This document shows positions 18,367 through 28,283 of a DNA stretch of 64,000 nucleotides, in pieces; the first letter of the stretch is position 1, and each line of letters starts with the position of its first letter. The position numbers and the translations under genes are program-made. This DNA comes from a virus: IMG/VR virus record IMGVR_UViG_3300020438_006740, positions 2,919 to 66,918 of that record; one strand, given 5' to 3'. The notes below the pieces were generated by a model. It searched no databases and was not told where the DNA came from. It saw only the letters and a program-made list of their open reading frames with translations.

Positions 18367-18902
18367 TTTTTGAGTTTTGATCTGAGCCTTTTTATTCTAC
18401 CCGATTTTTTTCTTGCATATAGAGAAAAAAAGGCAACATCGATCATCTTGCCGCTTAGCATTGCCTTTAGGGTTTCATTTGCAAAGTTAGCGGCCTCAAT
18501 AGCTTCGCCTCCCATTTGATCTTTTTTTCCATCAGACTTTCTTTGGGTATACTGCCTGCTTATCTGCTCTACCTGCTTTGAGGAAACACCATAAAGAATC
18601 ATGTTTGGCTTTAACTTTTCAATAACTTCATCGAGTTTTTTCTTTTCTTCTAAAGCTACTTGTATTTTCGGATTCTGATTATTCGTGCATTCCAAAAGAC
18701 AAGTTTTGCAACTTTCTTTTAATTCAAGATTCCATAAATCACAGGTTAAAAACTGACGAACTTCTTTTGCTTCATCTTTTAAAGATTCTCTGCAAGAGTA
18801 AAATATGTTATTGTCAACTACGTTTGCATAACCTTTGCAGTGCTTGCTGTTTCTCAGTTCCGTAGTCATCTTACAATTTTTAGAGCAATCTATTTTTTTC
18901 AT
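18342..18902 (-). CDS. Cys-rich hypothetical protein
   Basis: 186 aa; TATAAT lies 6 nt before the ATG. Confidence 0.6.
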   Translation of the reverse strand: MKKIDCSKNCKMTTELRNSKHCKGYANVVDNNIFYSCRESLKDEAKEVRQFLTCDLWNLELKESCKTCLLECTNNQNPKIQVALEEKKKLDEVIEKLKPNMILYGVSSKQVEQISRQYTQRKSDGKKDQMGGEAIEAANFANETLKAMLSGKMIDVAFFSLYARKKSGRIKRLRSKLKNHKASKKE

Positions 18903-18925
18903 AGATTCATTATACTTATTTTACT

Positions 18926-19570
18926 CTATTCTGGCTGACAGCTTCCATATCTTCCGCTAGTATCTTTCCCAAAGACATGCGAATCATCTTCGTATAGCTC
19001 TTGCCAACAATTTCCTTTTGCCCAGAAAGGAGGGCTTATAGATTTTGAATAATAGTGTGTTGAGCCCTTTGTGTCTGGTAAGCTGATATTTCCAGAGGCT
19101 ACATCCATAGCTTTTTGCCAAAGCTTATGCCTCCTACCCAAGGGTCCCTCTAAGACGCTACTTGGACTCTTACTGTTCCAATAAGAAAACTGTTTTGGTT
19201 CTAAAGCTATTTCGTACTCAGATAAGCCACGAGCTTCTGCTCTATTCTTTATAACAGCCATGATTGCAGGCATTGCAGAGGGGTTTGTTGTTCCAACCTC
19301 CCCAAGTAGAGTTGCTGCAACTATTTCTGTTGAATTCTCTGGTTCTGGTATTATCAGGTCTTGTCCTAAGTATACTCTGGTGCTATTACCCATAGAGTTT
19401 GCTGATTGAACCTCTGATACTTTAACGCCATATCTTTGAGCGATTTCAGATAGTGTGTCGCCAGAAACAACAGTATACTCTCTGGCGACCTTTCTTAAAA
19501 GTACAATTTCTTTTGAAAACTTATTATCTTTTAAAAATTTATATAATTTTTTAATTTTATCATTCACCAT
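18926..19570 (-). CDS. LysM domain + SleB/Hydrolase_2 cell-wall hydrolase
   Basis: YTVVSGDTLSEIAQRYGV (LysM); TLLGE...VIKNR...QFSYWN...STHYY...PPFWA...HVF. Confidence 0.88.
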   Translation of the reverse strand: MVNDKIKKLYKFLKDNKFSKEIVLLRKVAREYTVVSGDTLSEIAQRYGVKVSEVQSANSMGNSTRVYLGQDLIIPEPENSTEIVAATLLGEVGTTNPSAMPAIMAVIKNRAEARGLSEYEIALEPKQFSYWNSKSPSSVLEGPLGRRHKLWQKAMDVASGNISLPDTKGSTHYYSKSISPPFWAKGNCWQELYEDDSHVFGKDTSGRYGSCQPE

Positions 19571-19748
19571 AGTGCCCTTTGCTTATATTAAGGTCAATAA
19601 TAGTAGAGCCTCTTTTTGGTTTTTCTTCAACCTTATCTTTGTGCTCATATTCTGTTGGCGGATCACGATATAGAGGAAGTCGCAACTCCCGCCGAGTTTC
19701 AGCCTCTTTTTCTTTTTTTATAATCGGAATAATGTACTTGTTCATCAC
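19560..19748 (-). CDS. hypothetical protein
   Basis: 62 aa, overlaps both neighbours. Confidence 0.55.
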   Translation of the reverse strand: MMNKYIIPIIKKEKEAETRRELRLPLYRDPPTEYEHKDKVEEKPKRGSTIIDLNISKGHYGE

Positions 19749-21031
19749 AAAATCCTTGCAGCATAATCCGCAAGAGGGCTTCTCTCTCCCTTTAGAAGGG
19801 TAATATGAGATGATAGCTCAAAGTCTTTAAACTTTTCGACAATTGCCCCCAAACCAGAAGTTGTCGAATCAAGATGGGGGGCGTCAATTTGCTCAAGGTC
19901 TCCGAGCATAATTAGTTTTGAATTTTCACCCATTCTTGTAATAACGGCTTTTGCCTCATTATAAGTGATATTTTGAGATTCATCCAGAATCATAATAATG
20001 TTTGGCAGACTTCTTCCTCGAATATAAGAAAGAGCTTCAATTTCAATAACACCCTTTTCAACCATGATATCAAAATAATGAGTTCCGTTTTTAAACAAAA
20101 ACTTAAAGTTATCAACCATAGGCTGAATCCAAGGCTGCATCTTCTCCTCTTTGCTGCCTGGTAAGAAGCCAATGTCGGAACTCATGCTCTGAACTGGTCT
20201 TGAAATGATAATTTTTTCATACCATCCTTCATTTAACATGTGCAAGGCTGCTGCTGTTGCCATGAGGGTCTTTCCGCTACCGGCCTTGCCGCTGATAGTA
20301 GTCATATGAATATCTCTATTTAGAAGAGATTCTAAGGCAAACCTTTGCTCCTTATTTCTGGGGGTTATTCCTTGAATTTCAAAGTTTTTCTGACTTGCAT
20401 GGTTTAGCTTTCTTGCGTAGCCATCTTTAAAGGAGGCCAAAGCGCTTTTTTGTCCGCCCTTTAGAACTAGAAACTCATTTGGCTCATAGTTGTCATCTAA
20501 CTTTACTCTTCCGTTGGCATAAAAGTCATCTACCTCATTTGGGGATAGGTCTAACACAGAGACCCCAGTGTAAGCGCCCTTTCTCTTTATGGTTGCTTTG
20601 TGTTTGTTATAATTTTCAGACCTTAAGCCAAGAGAGTCGCATTTAACTCTAATGTTTATATCTCTTGAGATAAGAACAATGTCATTGTATATTGATTTGG
20701 ATAACTTTAGTGCAGTTGCAATTATTTTATTGTCAGCATTTACATCAAGCATTGGAATTAAATCTTCTTCTGCTAACTCCGTGTAAACTTGAATCTCCTG
20801 ACCGTTATCCAGCTTAACGCCTTCAGCTAGCGATCCTCTTGATCTTAAGTCATCCAAGAATCTATTAACATATCTTGCGGAATTTCCAACAGAATCGGAC
20901 CTTGTCTTTAGATTATCCACCTCCTCCAAAACAACCATTGGTATAATGACCTTTTGGTCTGGAAAAGCATGAATTGAATCTTCATGATGTACCAAAACTG
21001 ATGTATCTAAAACAAATATTTTTTGACTCAC
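19745..21031 (-). CDS. phoH: PIN-domain PhoH family ATPase (PhoH2/YlaK-like)
   Basis: VLDTSVL...EEVD (PIN); GKAGSGKT, GFLPG, YIRGRS, DESQN and GDLEQID motifs. Confidence 0.93.
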   Translation of the reverse strand: MSQKIFVLDTSVLVHHEDSIHAFPDQKVIIPMVVLEEVDNLKTRSDSVGNSARYVNRFLDDLRSRGSLAEGVKLDNGQEIQVYTELAEEDLIPMLDVNADNKIIATALKLSKSIYNDIVLISRDINIRVKCDSLGLRSENYNKHKATIKRKGAYTGVSVLDLSPNEVDDFYANGRVKLDDNYEPNEFLVLKGGQKSALASFKDGYARKLNHASQKNFEIQGITPRNKEQRFALESLLNRDIHMTTISGKAGSGKTLMATAAALHMLNEGWYEKIIISRPVQSMSSDIGFLPGSKEEKMQPWIQPMVDNFKFLFKNGTHYFDIMVEKGVIEIEALSYIRGRSLPNIIMILDESQNITYNEAKAVITRMGENSKLIMLGDLEQIDAPHLDSTTSGLGAIVEKFKDFELSSHITLLKGERSPLADYAARIL

Positions 21032-21042
21032 ATTGTCTCCAT

Positions 21043-21375
21043 TTATTCTATTTGATCTTCTTCTATTGTCCAGTGCTCTATTTCAACTTCGTAATAGAGC
21101 GATCCATCCTTATCTTGTTTAAGCACAAGCTCTGGGCCTGCCCACTCTCCTACTAACTCTCCATTAAACTTAACCTCTAACGCCTCAATGCTTTTATGCT
21201 CTATTATTTCAATTTCATTTTCAAGCATATAATCGAGAACTTCATCTCGCTCCATTTCGTCCATAGCTTCTACATCTAGACCTATAAAATAAAATAGATC
21301 GCGCAACCACTCTTGACGTATTTCTTTTACGTCCTTTGAGTAACCAACGCGATCTGTTAAAAGTTTTATTACCAT
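21043..21375 (-). CDS. hypothetical acidic protein
   Basis: 110 aa; GCTAATATT 15 nt upstream. Confidence 0.65.
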   Translation of the reverse strand: MVIKLLTDRVGYSKDVKEIRQEWLRDLFYFIGLDVEAMDEMERDEVLDYMLENEIEIIEHKSIEALEVKFNGELVGEWAGPELVLKQDKDGSLYYEVEIEHWTIEEDQIE

Positions 21376-21390
21376 GCTACCTTATACTAC

Positions 21391-21399
21391 AATATTAGC
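21391..21399 (-). promoter_or_regulatory. GCTAATATT motif
   Basis: Intergenic, upstream of the start at 21375. Confidence 0.5.
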
Positions 21400-21405
21400 T
21401 TCTAA

Positions 21406-23859
21406 TTAGTTTTGTTTGTTTATTTTAGATACTAAGATTGCTATATCAACCATTGTTTCTTTGGCCTTTCTCTTTACAATATTTTTCATATTATTGTCAG
21501 AAATGGTCTTTCTTGTACCGCTATAATCGAAGCTATCTTCATAAAGGCTTTTGCATATAGCATAAAGACCTTCTAGGCCCGGCATCAATATAGATCCAGA
21601 TTCTCTGAGGTGCCTGATTGTATAGATGAAACCTTTTACATTATCAATCTTATATGATATATCAAGAACAGCATCAAAATCGCCATCTTTTTTATTAAAA
21701 TCATTAATTAGACTGTTAATTTCGTTTAAATAAATCCTTAGAGCAACAGGATCATGGGCCTGATAAGCCGACATTGCATCAAAAATTACCTCTTCTACCC
21801 GGCCTTTTATAGAGGCGGTTCTATAATCCGAGTCAAGAAGGGTCTCGTTAGCATTCAGGGTATATAGAACTGACCTAAGTCTTTCTGTAAAGCTGCTTCT
21901 AAATGACACTAACTTTGAATGATACAAAGAACTTATTAGTGAGCCAAAAAATAATTCTGTCGGTCTATAGTTAGATGGGTAATTTGAATATGCCTGTTTT
22001 TTAAACAACCTAACGATGTCATCATAATTTATAGCGTCATACAAAAGCTGTTTTAACTCATTTCCTCTCTTTGTCTTTCGTGACTCATCTTTAATATTGC
22101 TAAAAGACCTTGATAAGTAGAGGTAATCTATTTTTTCATCTTCTGATTCATACTCTATTGTATCAGGAAACGTTGAAGCTAGTTGTCTTCTTGAGGTTTG
22201 AAATTTTGTATGCAAGCCACAGAACCAAAGAAGATCCTCCTTGTTTTCTTGAAAATAATCGTAATACTTCCCTTTTTCATTTATGCTTCTCATTATGCGC
22301 CTGCCTTTCTTGTTAACAAAATCATCACCAACCTTAGTGACCTTAGACATAGCATCTTCTTTTTTTATCGTATATCTTTCGTTTTCATCAACCCAAGCTA
22401 TGATATCATCTTTCTCTGAGAGGTCAACCTCTTCGCCCCAACCTTTTGCCTCTTCTCTATCCTTCCAGTTTTCCAAATCTGTTTCTACAGATAGCTTGAG
22501 ATTATAGTTATCTAAGGCGTTCCTCTTAATCCACTCCTCGGCCTCCTCTTTTGTTTGAAATATTTTAGGCTCCTCTAGGTGTAAGAAATCAAGACGTGTT
22601 GGCTGGGGATACCCGTATTCACCTGCGTGTAAAGCTTCATCTTCATTATCATGCTCGAAATACGACCACCAATCATTATAAAAATTATCAGTAACGGACC
22701 ACGTATCTTTAAAATCATAATTTTGTAAGAAAAAATTAACCGGATCCCTCATAACCTCCAAGGTACGCTCAGGGCTCATATCTAAATCAACACCAAAAGC
22801 TTCCTCTTTTTCAAATGTATCTGACCACTTCCCACCCACCCTTGTGTATGTTGAGGGGTGAATTCTTCCTTGTTTTTCGCCTATCCAAGCCTTAACCACT
22901 TTGATTAAGCCGGGATACTCTTCCCCAGAGGAGTATACATCACTTTCTGGCACAGCTATAGATCTTCCATCAGCAGAATCAAATCTCTTTATGGACAGTC
23001 TTGCAAGCGGGTCATCAATATCTTGATCACTTTCATTTATAAGATAAGCTACAAATCCACCATCTGATATTTCGCAAAAAACATCCTTATAATGAGCGCC
23101 TTCATTCAGATTCATGCATGAAGTCCATCTTCTTCCGGTTGACATTGTAGCTATATCATCCGGCCTAATCGTTATAACTACCAGAAGATCGCCTTCTGAC
23201 CCAACTCTAACTGGATCATTAAAAAAATCACTTAATTCTTCATGAATACTTTTTATTGTTTCGATAATATTTTTTATTTTATTTTTTGCATCATTTATTT
23301 TAGCTGTGTTTTCTAAGGAAAAGTCTTCTAGATCAAGGCTAGTATCCCATTCGCCCATATAGTGATCTAAAGTTAGGTTTGGATTGTATGTATTTGATAA
23401 AAATTTATTAAATAAGTCAATCAGGTATTTTCGAAACTCAGCGCTACTTCTAAATCGTGAAAAATACCCTAAAATGCCGGAATTATATTCTTCTAGTGAA
23501 TATGGAATTATAATATTTCTTTTTACCCACTTTGCATTTAGCTTTTCGTTGCCCCTTCGGCCATTAAAGATATCTTCATCCGACCAATCATGTCCAGAAT
23601 CAGACATATACCATTTTAAATACTCAAAAGTTTCTTTAGCATACTGACCCTTATCTATCTGACTCTTAAAAGGCAGGTAAACTCTTTGGCCCTCCGGGAA
23701 CCATGATAAAAAGGGAGTTGACCTTCTTGCTGCAGCCTGCTCTATTCTCTGCTGACTAACCGGATCTACTTCTACTGCTGCTAGCTTCTTTAAGCCTAAG
23801 GCTGCACAGAAGTGGCCTTGCTTATTGAGAAAGTTGATTAAGCTGGGTATTTTTTTCAT
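21406..23859 (-). CDS. large hypothetical protein with leader-like N-terminus and a conserved phage 'MST.R.WTSCM' domain
   Basis: Start MKKIPS after AAGGAG; leader ends LKKLA; DIATMSTGRRWTSCMNL...VAYLI...DPLARL. Confidence 0.7.
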   Translation of the reverse strand: MKKIPSLINFLNKQGHFCAALGLKKLAAVEVDPVSQQRIEQAAARRSTPFLSWFPEGQRVYLPFKSQIDKGQYAKETFEYLKWYMSDSGHDWSDEDIFNGRRGNEKLNAKWVKRNIIIPYSLEEYNSGILGYFSRFRSSAEFRKYLIDLFNKFLSNTYNPNLTLDHYMGEWDTSLDLEDFSLENTAKINDAKNKIKNIIETIKSIHEELSDFFNDPVRVGSEGDLLVVITIRPDDIATMSTGRRWTSCMNLNEGAHYKDVFCEISDGGFVAYLINESDQDIDDPLARLSIKRFDSADGRSIAVPESDVYSSGEEYPGLIKVVKAWIGEKQGRIHPSTYTRVGGKWSDTFEKEEAFGVDLDMSPERTLEVMRDPVNFFLQNYDFKDTWSVTDNFYNDWWSYFEHDNEDEALHAGEYGYPQPTRLDFLHLEEPKIFQTKEEAEEWIKRNALDNYNLKLSVETDLENWKDREEAKGWGEEVDLSEKDDIIAWVDENERYTIKKEDAMSKVTKVGDDFVNKKGRRIMRSINEKGKYYDYFQENKEDLLWFCGLHTKFQTSRRQLASTFPDTIEYESEDEKIDYLYLSRSFSNIKDESRKTKRGNELKQLLYDAINYDDIVRLFKKQAYSNYPSNYRPTELFFGSLISSLYHSKLVSFRSSFTERLRSVLYTLNANETLLDSDYRTASIKGRVEEVIFDAMSAYQAHDPVALRIYLNEINSLINDFNKKDGDFDAVLDISYKIDNVKGFIYTIRHLRESGSILMPGLEGLYAICKSLYEDSFDYSGTRKTISDNNMKNIVKRKAKETMVDIAILVSKINKQN

Positions 23860-23872
23860 AGCAAACTCCTTA

Positions 23873-24934
23873 TTAAACAATCTTCTTTTTTAAATCATTA
23901 GAGCTTGAGTGAATATCGCTTCTTATATCTTGAAGCTGATTTTCAGAAATAGCAACCCATATGTATGTTTCTCCTGCTGCTACCGCTCCAAAAGCCCTAT
24001 GATTGCCGTCTCTTATTTGAACCATGTATTCGCCTAAGTCACCATCACCTGAGGCTGTAGCTTCAGAAAGTTCCTCATCCAGCCTAGCCTTTTCCTTTTC
24101 ATACTCGGCTCTATCCCCCTCTTCTTCCAAGTCAAGATGTGAGAAAAATTCATCAGGATCTTTAAGATACTCATCAAGCTCCTCATCACCTGTCGTTAGA
24201 GTCCTCATACCATAATCATCTTCATAATCTAAAGATTCACGTATATCGTTAATTTCAATCTTTGTTACATTTCCATATGGGGCATACAGCGTTACCCGCT
24301 CTTCAGCGTTAACTATTTTGTTCATTACATCATTTATTTTTTCAGGATAAAAGATATTCCCCTGGATAGGATATATGTAATCTGCATCTACCCGAAGCAT
24401 TTTGCCAGGCGTCCCGATCCATAAAACATTTTTACCGTAAAAAATATCTTCCTTTCTTATTTCATCCTCAATATCAGGATAGTGCCCTGAATCTTCGTAA
24501 TATGGGTAAGTTTCCTTATCAATCATGTGCTCTGCACTAAAAAGAGGGCCAGATGATTGCTTTGTAATTAAAAAAGCTAACCTTTTGGACTCTTTTTTAA
24601 ATCCACTTAACTTAAGCCAAGAGTAAAGACTTTTAAGCTTATTTTTGGATATTTTGAAATCAGAGTTTGCAGAGAAATCATCATATTTTGCAGTACCATA
24701 CAAAAAAACATCTTTTGATGCGCCCGCATACAGGTATTCTCCAGGATTGTTGGCAGGCTTAAATTCATTCTTATTTAAGTAAAAACTATATACCCCATAA
24801 TCTTCGCCATGATATATAGACGAGGTTATTGCGTGATCTATAGCAAAACGCCTAGACATAGTAATGTAGTTGCCATAACTAATCTTATCTAAACCTATTG
24901 GCATAGCTCTATAAAATAATTTTTTCAAAATCAT
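23873..24934 (-). CDS. multidomain protein: ART-like N-domain, internal leader-like segment, ParB/Srx-like C-domain
   Basis: FYRAMP...GNYITMSRRFAIDHA; KLKSLYSWLKLSGFKKESKRL..LITKQS; IRDGNHRAFGAVAAGETYIWV. Confidence 0.55.
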   Translation of the reverse strand: MILKKLFYRAMPIGLDKISYGNYITMSRRFAIDHAITSSIYHGEDYGVYSFYLNKNEFKPANNPGEYLYAGASKDVFLYGTAKYDDFSANSDFKISKNKLKSLYSWLKLSGFKKESKRLAFLITKQSSGPLFSAEHMIDKETYPYYEDSGHYPDIEDEIRKEDIFYGKNVLWIGTPGKMLRVDADYIYPIQGNIFYPEKINDVMNKIVNAEERVTLYAPYGNVTKIEINDIRESLDYEDDYGMRTLTTGDEELDEYLKDPDEFFSHLDLEEEGDRAEYEKEKARLDEELSEATASGDGDLGEYMVQIRDGNHRAFGAVAAGETYIWVAISENQLQDIRSDIHSSSNDLKKKIV

Positions 24935-24951
24935 TCTCTCAAGCTATTTAA

Positions 24952-24961
24952 AAATATTAGC
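24952..24961 (-). promoter_or_regulatory. GCTAATATTT motif
   Basis: 17 nt upstream of the ATG at 24934. Confidence 0.55.
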
Positions 24962-24967
24962 TGAAAG

Positions 24968-25936
24968 CTACCAGCCCCACTCTCCGTCCATTCCGGATGC
25001 ATTATAGTCGGTCACACGCTTCTCAAAGAAGTTACTCATAGTGTCTCCGTTAAGCACCCAGTCAAGCCATGGTATCGGATTTTCCTTAACTCCATAATTA
25101 GGTTTTAGGCCAAGCTGAATAAGTCTGCGATCCGCAATATACCTAATATACTGCTTCATCTCTTTCACAGAAAGACCCTCTACAGAACCTAGGGTGTACG
25201 CTAAATCAATAACCTTATCCTCAAGCTTTACTGCGGTTTTGTACATTTCATAAATAGCTTTTTTAAAATCATTATTAACTACCCTTGGGTGTTCTTTGCA
25301 AAAAGTTCTAAAAAGCTTTGACATATACTGAACGTGAATTGTCTCATCTCTTACAGACCATTCCACGATAGTACACATTCCTTTCATTTTCCCAAACCTT
25401 TGATAATTTAAAAGCATAACAAAGGCTGAAAATAGAGACATTCCTTCATTACAAACAGATTGAGCCAGAGATAGGCCTATGCCCTTTTTCGACGAGACAT
25501 TAGTGCTTTGCATAAATTCTATTTTTTCAGCCATTTGTTCATATTCCAAAAAGGCCCAATACTCTTTTTCCTGCAAACCAAGAGTATCGGTTAAGAGGGC
25601 ATAGGCGCGCTGGTGAGTACCCTCTCTGTTTGCAAAGCTAAGAAGCATATTTCTTATTTCGTTATTTTTAAATATTGGAATAAATAAATCGCAGTAATTT
25701 CCGCCAACCTGAACATCTGTTTGTGTGAATAGTCTTAAGATTTGGGTTATATGCTCCTTCTCTTCTGGCTTTAAAGAGTTGCTCTTCCACTGATTAACAT
25801 CTTCTTGTAATTCAGCCTCCCAGGTGCCCCAGTGAACCTTCTCGTGAGATTCTGCGGCCTCCATAGCCCAAGGGTATTGAAATGGCTTGTAGGCCTCTGA
25901 GAGCTTGAGTAAGCCGCCTTTATTTATCCCTGACAT
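24968..25936 (-). CDS. nrdB: ribonucleotide reductase class I beta subunit
   Basis: FTQTD..V, E.THQRAY, NEGMSLFSAF, RDETIH and NFFEKRVTDY motifs. Confidence 0.93.
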   Translation of the reverse strand: MSGINKGGLLKLSEAYKPFQYPWAMEAAESHEKVHWGTWEAELQEDVNQWKSNSLKPEEKEHITQILRLFTQTDVQVGGNYCDLFIPIFKNNEIRNMLLSFANREGTHQRAYALLTDTLGLQEKEYWAFLEYEQMAEKIEFMQSTNVSSKKGIGLSLAQSVCNEGMSLFSAFVMLLNYQRFGKMKGMCTIVEWSVRDETIHVQYMSKLFRTFCKEHPRVVNNDFKKAIYEMYKTAVKLEDKVIDLAYTLGSVEGLSVKEMKQYIRYIADRRLIQLGLKPNYGVKENPIPWLDWVLNGDTMSNFFEKRVTDYNASGMDGEWGW

Positions 25937-27702
25937 GATAAGCACTCTCCATCTTCATCTTCATCTGCATAATCTGCTAAAGCAACTCTTTCTACTTTTG
26001 CTGAAACTTTCTCTGGATCTACACCAGCATTTGTTCTTAAATAATATAAGGCTTTTAATCCAATTTTCCAAGCCTTTATGTGTGTCATTAAAACATAATT
26101 TTTATTTGAACCAGCTGGAAAAAACAAGTTAACGCTTTGTCCTTGACAGACAAATTCTTGTCTGTTTCCTGCGTGTTCAACCAACCATCTCTGGTCTAAC
26201 TCAAAAGCTGTCTTAAACACATCCTTTTCCCAATCACTCAAGAAGTCCAAGTGCTGAACGGAACCTTGGCTTAAGATTACTGAGTTCCAAGCTTCTTCCT
26301 TTTCTTTCTCATTTAAATAATTGCCAAACACCTTTTCTAACTCTGGATTTTTTACAAGAAATGATCCAGCTCTAGTTCTATGCGTATAGGCGTTTGACTT
26401 CCAAGGCTCTGTGGTTGGGCTTGTATGAAGTATAATAGAGCTATTTGCATTTGGTGCAATCGCCAAAAGGTGAGCATTTCTTTTTCCGCTCTCTGGGCCA
26501 TCTGGATAAGAACCCTTTAGAGATGCTATCCTCTCAGTTTCCTTTACAGCTCTTTCTTTAATGGTTGTAAATATTGAAATATTCATTCCAGTTGCGAGTG
26601 CGCTCTCCCATGGAATGCTGTTTTTTTGAAGCAAATCATGAAAACCCATAGCTCCAAGCCCAATGCTGCGCTCACCCCTAGCTCCATTTACAGCTTTCCA
26701 CAGCTCTTTTGGCGCATTTTGAATAAATACATCCAAAACATTATCAAGCATTCTAATTAGATCTTCAACAATTGTTGAACCCTTCCACTCATCCCATAGG
26801 GCAAGATTTAGGCTGCTAAGACAACAAACTGCAGTTCTATCTATAGCTGTTGGAAGAAAAATCTCCGAACATAGGTTTGAGCCATTTATTCTTAAGCCAA
26901 GATTTTTAAGCTCTTGCGGAAGATGCTTATTTGAAGTATCTATAAAGTGAAGATAAGGCTCTCCTGTTCGATACCTTGTTTCAATAATTCTCTGCAAAAG
27001 CTCTCTGGCAACAACAGTATCCCTTACCGATCCATCGGCGGGGTCGATTAAATCCCAATTTTCATTTGCAATAGCAGCTTTCATAAAGTCATCTGTTATA
27101 TTTACAGCATTATGCAGATTAAAACACTTTCTGTTAGGATCGCCACCAGTAGGTATTCTCATCTGCAAAAATTCAATAATATCTGGGTGGGATATATCAA
27201 GGTAAGCCGCATAAGAGCCTTTGCGAGTTCTTCCTTGACGGTATGCATTCATATCTGCATCTACTGTCTTTAAAAACGGAATAGGACCAGGGGCTTTATC
27301 GCTAACTGATCTTACCGAGGACCAGTGGCCACCAACACCACCACCTTTTACTGAAAGCCAGCGAAGCTCTGCAGTATGATCTATGAGGCCTTCGAGAGAG
27401 TCATCAACCCAGGTTAAAAAACAGCTAATCGGAAGGGCTTTCCATGCGCCTCCTGGCATTGGAGCATTGCTAAGAACGGGAGAGGCGAACATAAACCACC
27501 CCTTGCTAGCATAATCATAAATTCTTTGAGCAAAAGCAAGATCCCCCTCGCAGTAAGCTATAGCTGCTCTAGCAAAAGCCTCTTGTGGTGAGTTCTCCTC
27601 AGGTAACATGTAATATTGTTTTAGCAGCGTTCTTGCAAACTCTGTTAAATCCCCATCCCTGCCTAGATCAAGAAGGATCCCGTTATATTCCATTTTCATC
27701 AA
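25924..27702 (-). CDS. nrdA: ribonucleotide reductase class I alpha subunit (compact, no ATP cone)
   Basis: PISCF, GGGVG, QG.TRKGS, SNLCSEI, AIAPNANSS, LYY and C-terminal CLSC motifs. Confidence 0.95.
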   Translation of the reverse strand: MMKMEYNGILLDLGRDGDLTEFARTLLKQYYMLPEENSPQEAFARAAIAYCEGDLAFAQRIYDYASKGWFMFASPVLSNAPMPGGAWKALPISCFLTWVDDSLEGLIDHTAELRWLSVKGGGVGGHWSSVRSVSDKAPGPIPFLKTVDADMNAYRQGRTRKGSYAAYLDISHPDIIEFLQMRIPTGGDPNRKCFNLHNAVNITDDFMKAAIANENWDLIDPADGSVRDTVVARELLQRIIETRYRTGEPYLHFIDTSNKHLPQELKNLGLRINGSNLCSEIFLPTAIDRTAVCCLSSLNLALWDEWKGSTIVEDLIRMLDNVLDVFIQNAPKELWKAVNGARGERSIGLGAMGFHDLLQKNSIPWESALATGMNISIFTTIKERAVKETERIASLKGSYPDGPESGKRNAHLLAIAPNANSSIILHTSPTTEPWKSNAYTHRTRAGSFLVKNPELEKVFGNYLNEKEKEEAWNSVILSQGSVQHLDFLSDWEKDVFKTAFELDQRWLVEHAGNRQEFVCQGQSVNLFFPAGSNKNYVLMTHIKAWKIGLKALYYLRTNAGVDPEKVSAKVERVALADYADEDEDGECLSCQG

Positions 27703-27713
27703 TTTCCCCAGTA

Positions 27714-28283
27714 TTATTTATTTATAAAATTACGAATTTTTTTAAAATTTTCTTCTTTTATCTGTCTAACCCTTTCTGACGATAGACCGTGTGCTGCAGC
27801 AGCCTCGACTAGCGTTTTATTCAGCAAGATCGTTTCGACAATGATTTTTAAATCCCTTCTAGACAGTGATTTTTCATTAGCCATTAACCATTTAAAAAAA
27901 TCGATTTTAAACTCAACCCACTTAAGCTCAGACTGTTTGTTTACTAAATTCTGCGTACTTAAATTATATATTTTAATAGAATTACAAAGGTGTGCTTGTC
28001 TTTTTTCTCTGGAAATTTCGTCTCTTATTTTTGACTTTATATGCCAGTCAGCCCACCTAAAAAAATCGAAATTTTTATTAAAATCAAACGTAATTATTGC
28101 AGTCCAAAGACCCAAGTAAGCTTCTTGCTTTAAGTCCTTTTTGTAGATAAATTTTTTTTTTATTTTTTTGAAAATAAAAAATCTAGTCTTACTGAAGACT
28201 AGATTCATCCACTCTTTAGAATCTGAGCTTTTATTCTTTATGTAAATATCTCTAATTTCTTCGTTTGTTACAAAATTATTCAT
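27714..28283 (-). CDS. sigma-70 family RNA polymerase sigma factor
   Basis: Region 2 DLKQEAYLGLW.AI..FD....F..WA.W.I; region 4 LSRRD..I...TLVEAA...GLSSERVRQI; likely start MNNFVT at 28283. Confidence 0.85.
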   Translation of the reverse strand: MNNFVTNEEIRDIYIKNKSSDSKEWMNLVFSKTRFFIFKKIKKKFIYKKDLKQEAYLGLWTAIITFDFNKNFDFFRWADWHIKSKIRDEISREKRQAHLCNSIKIYNLSTQNLVNKQSELKWVEFKIDFFKWLMANEKSLSRRDLKIIVETILLNKTLVEAAAAHGLSSERVRQIKEENFKKIRNFINK

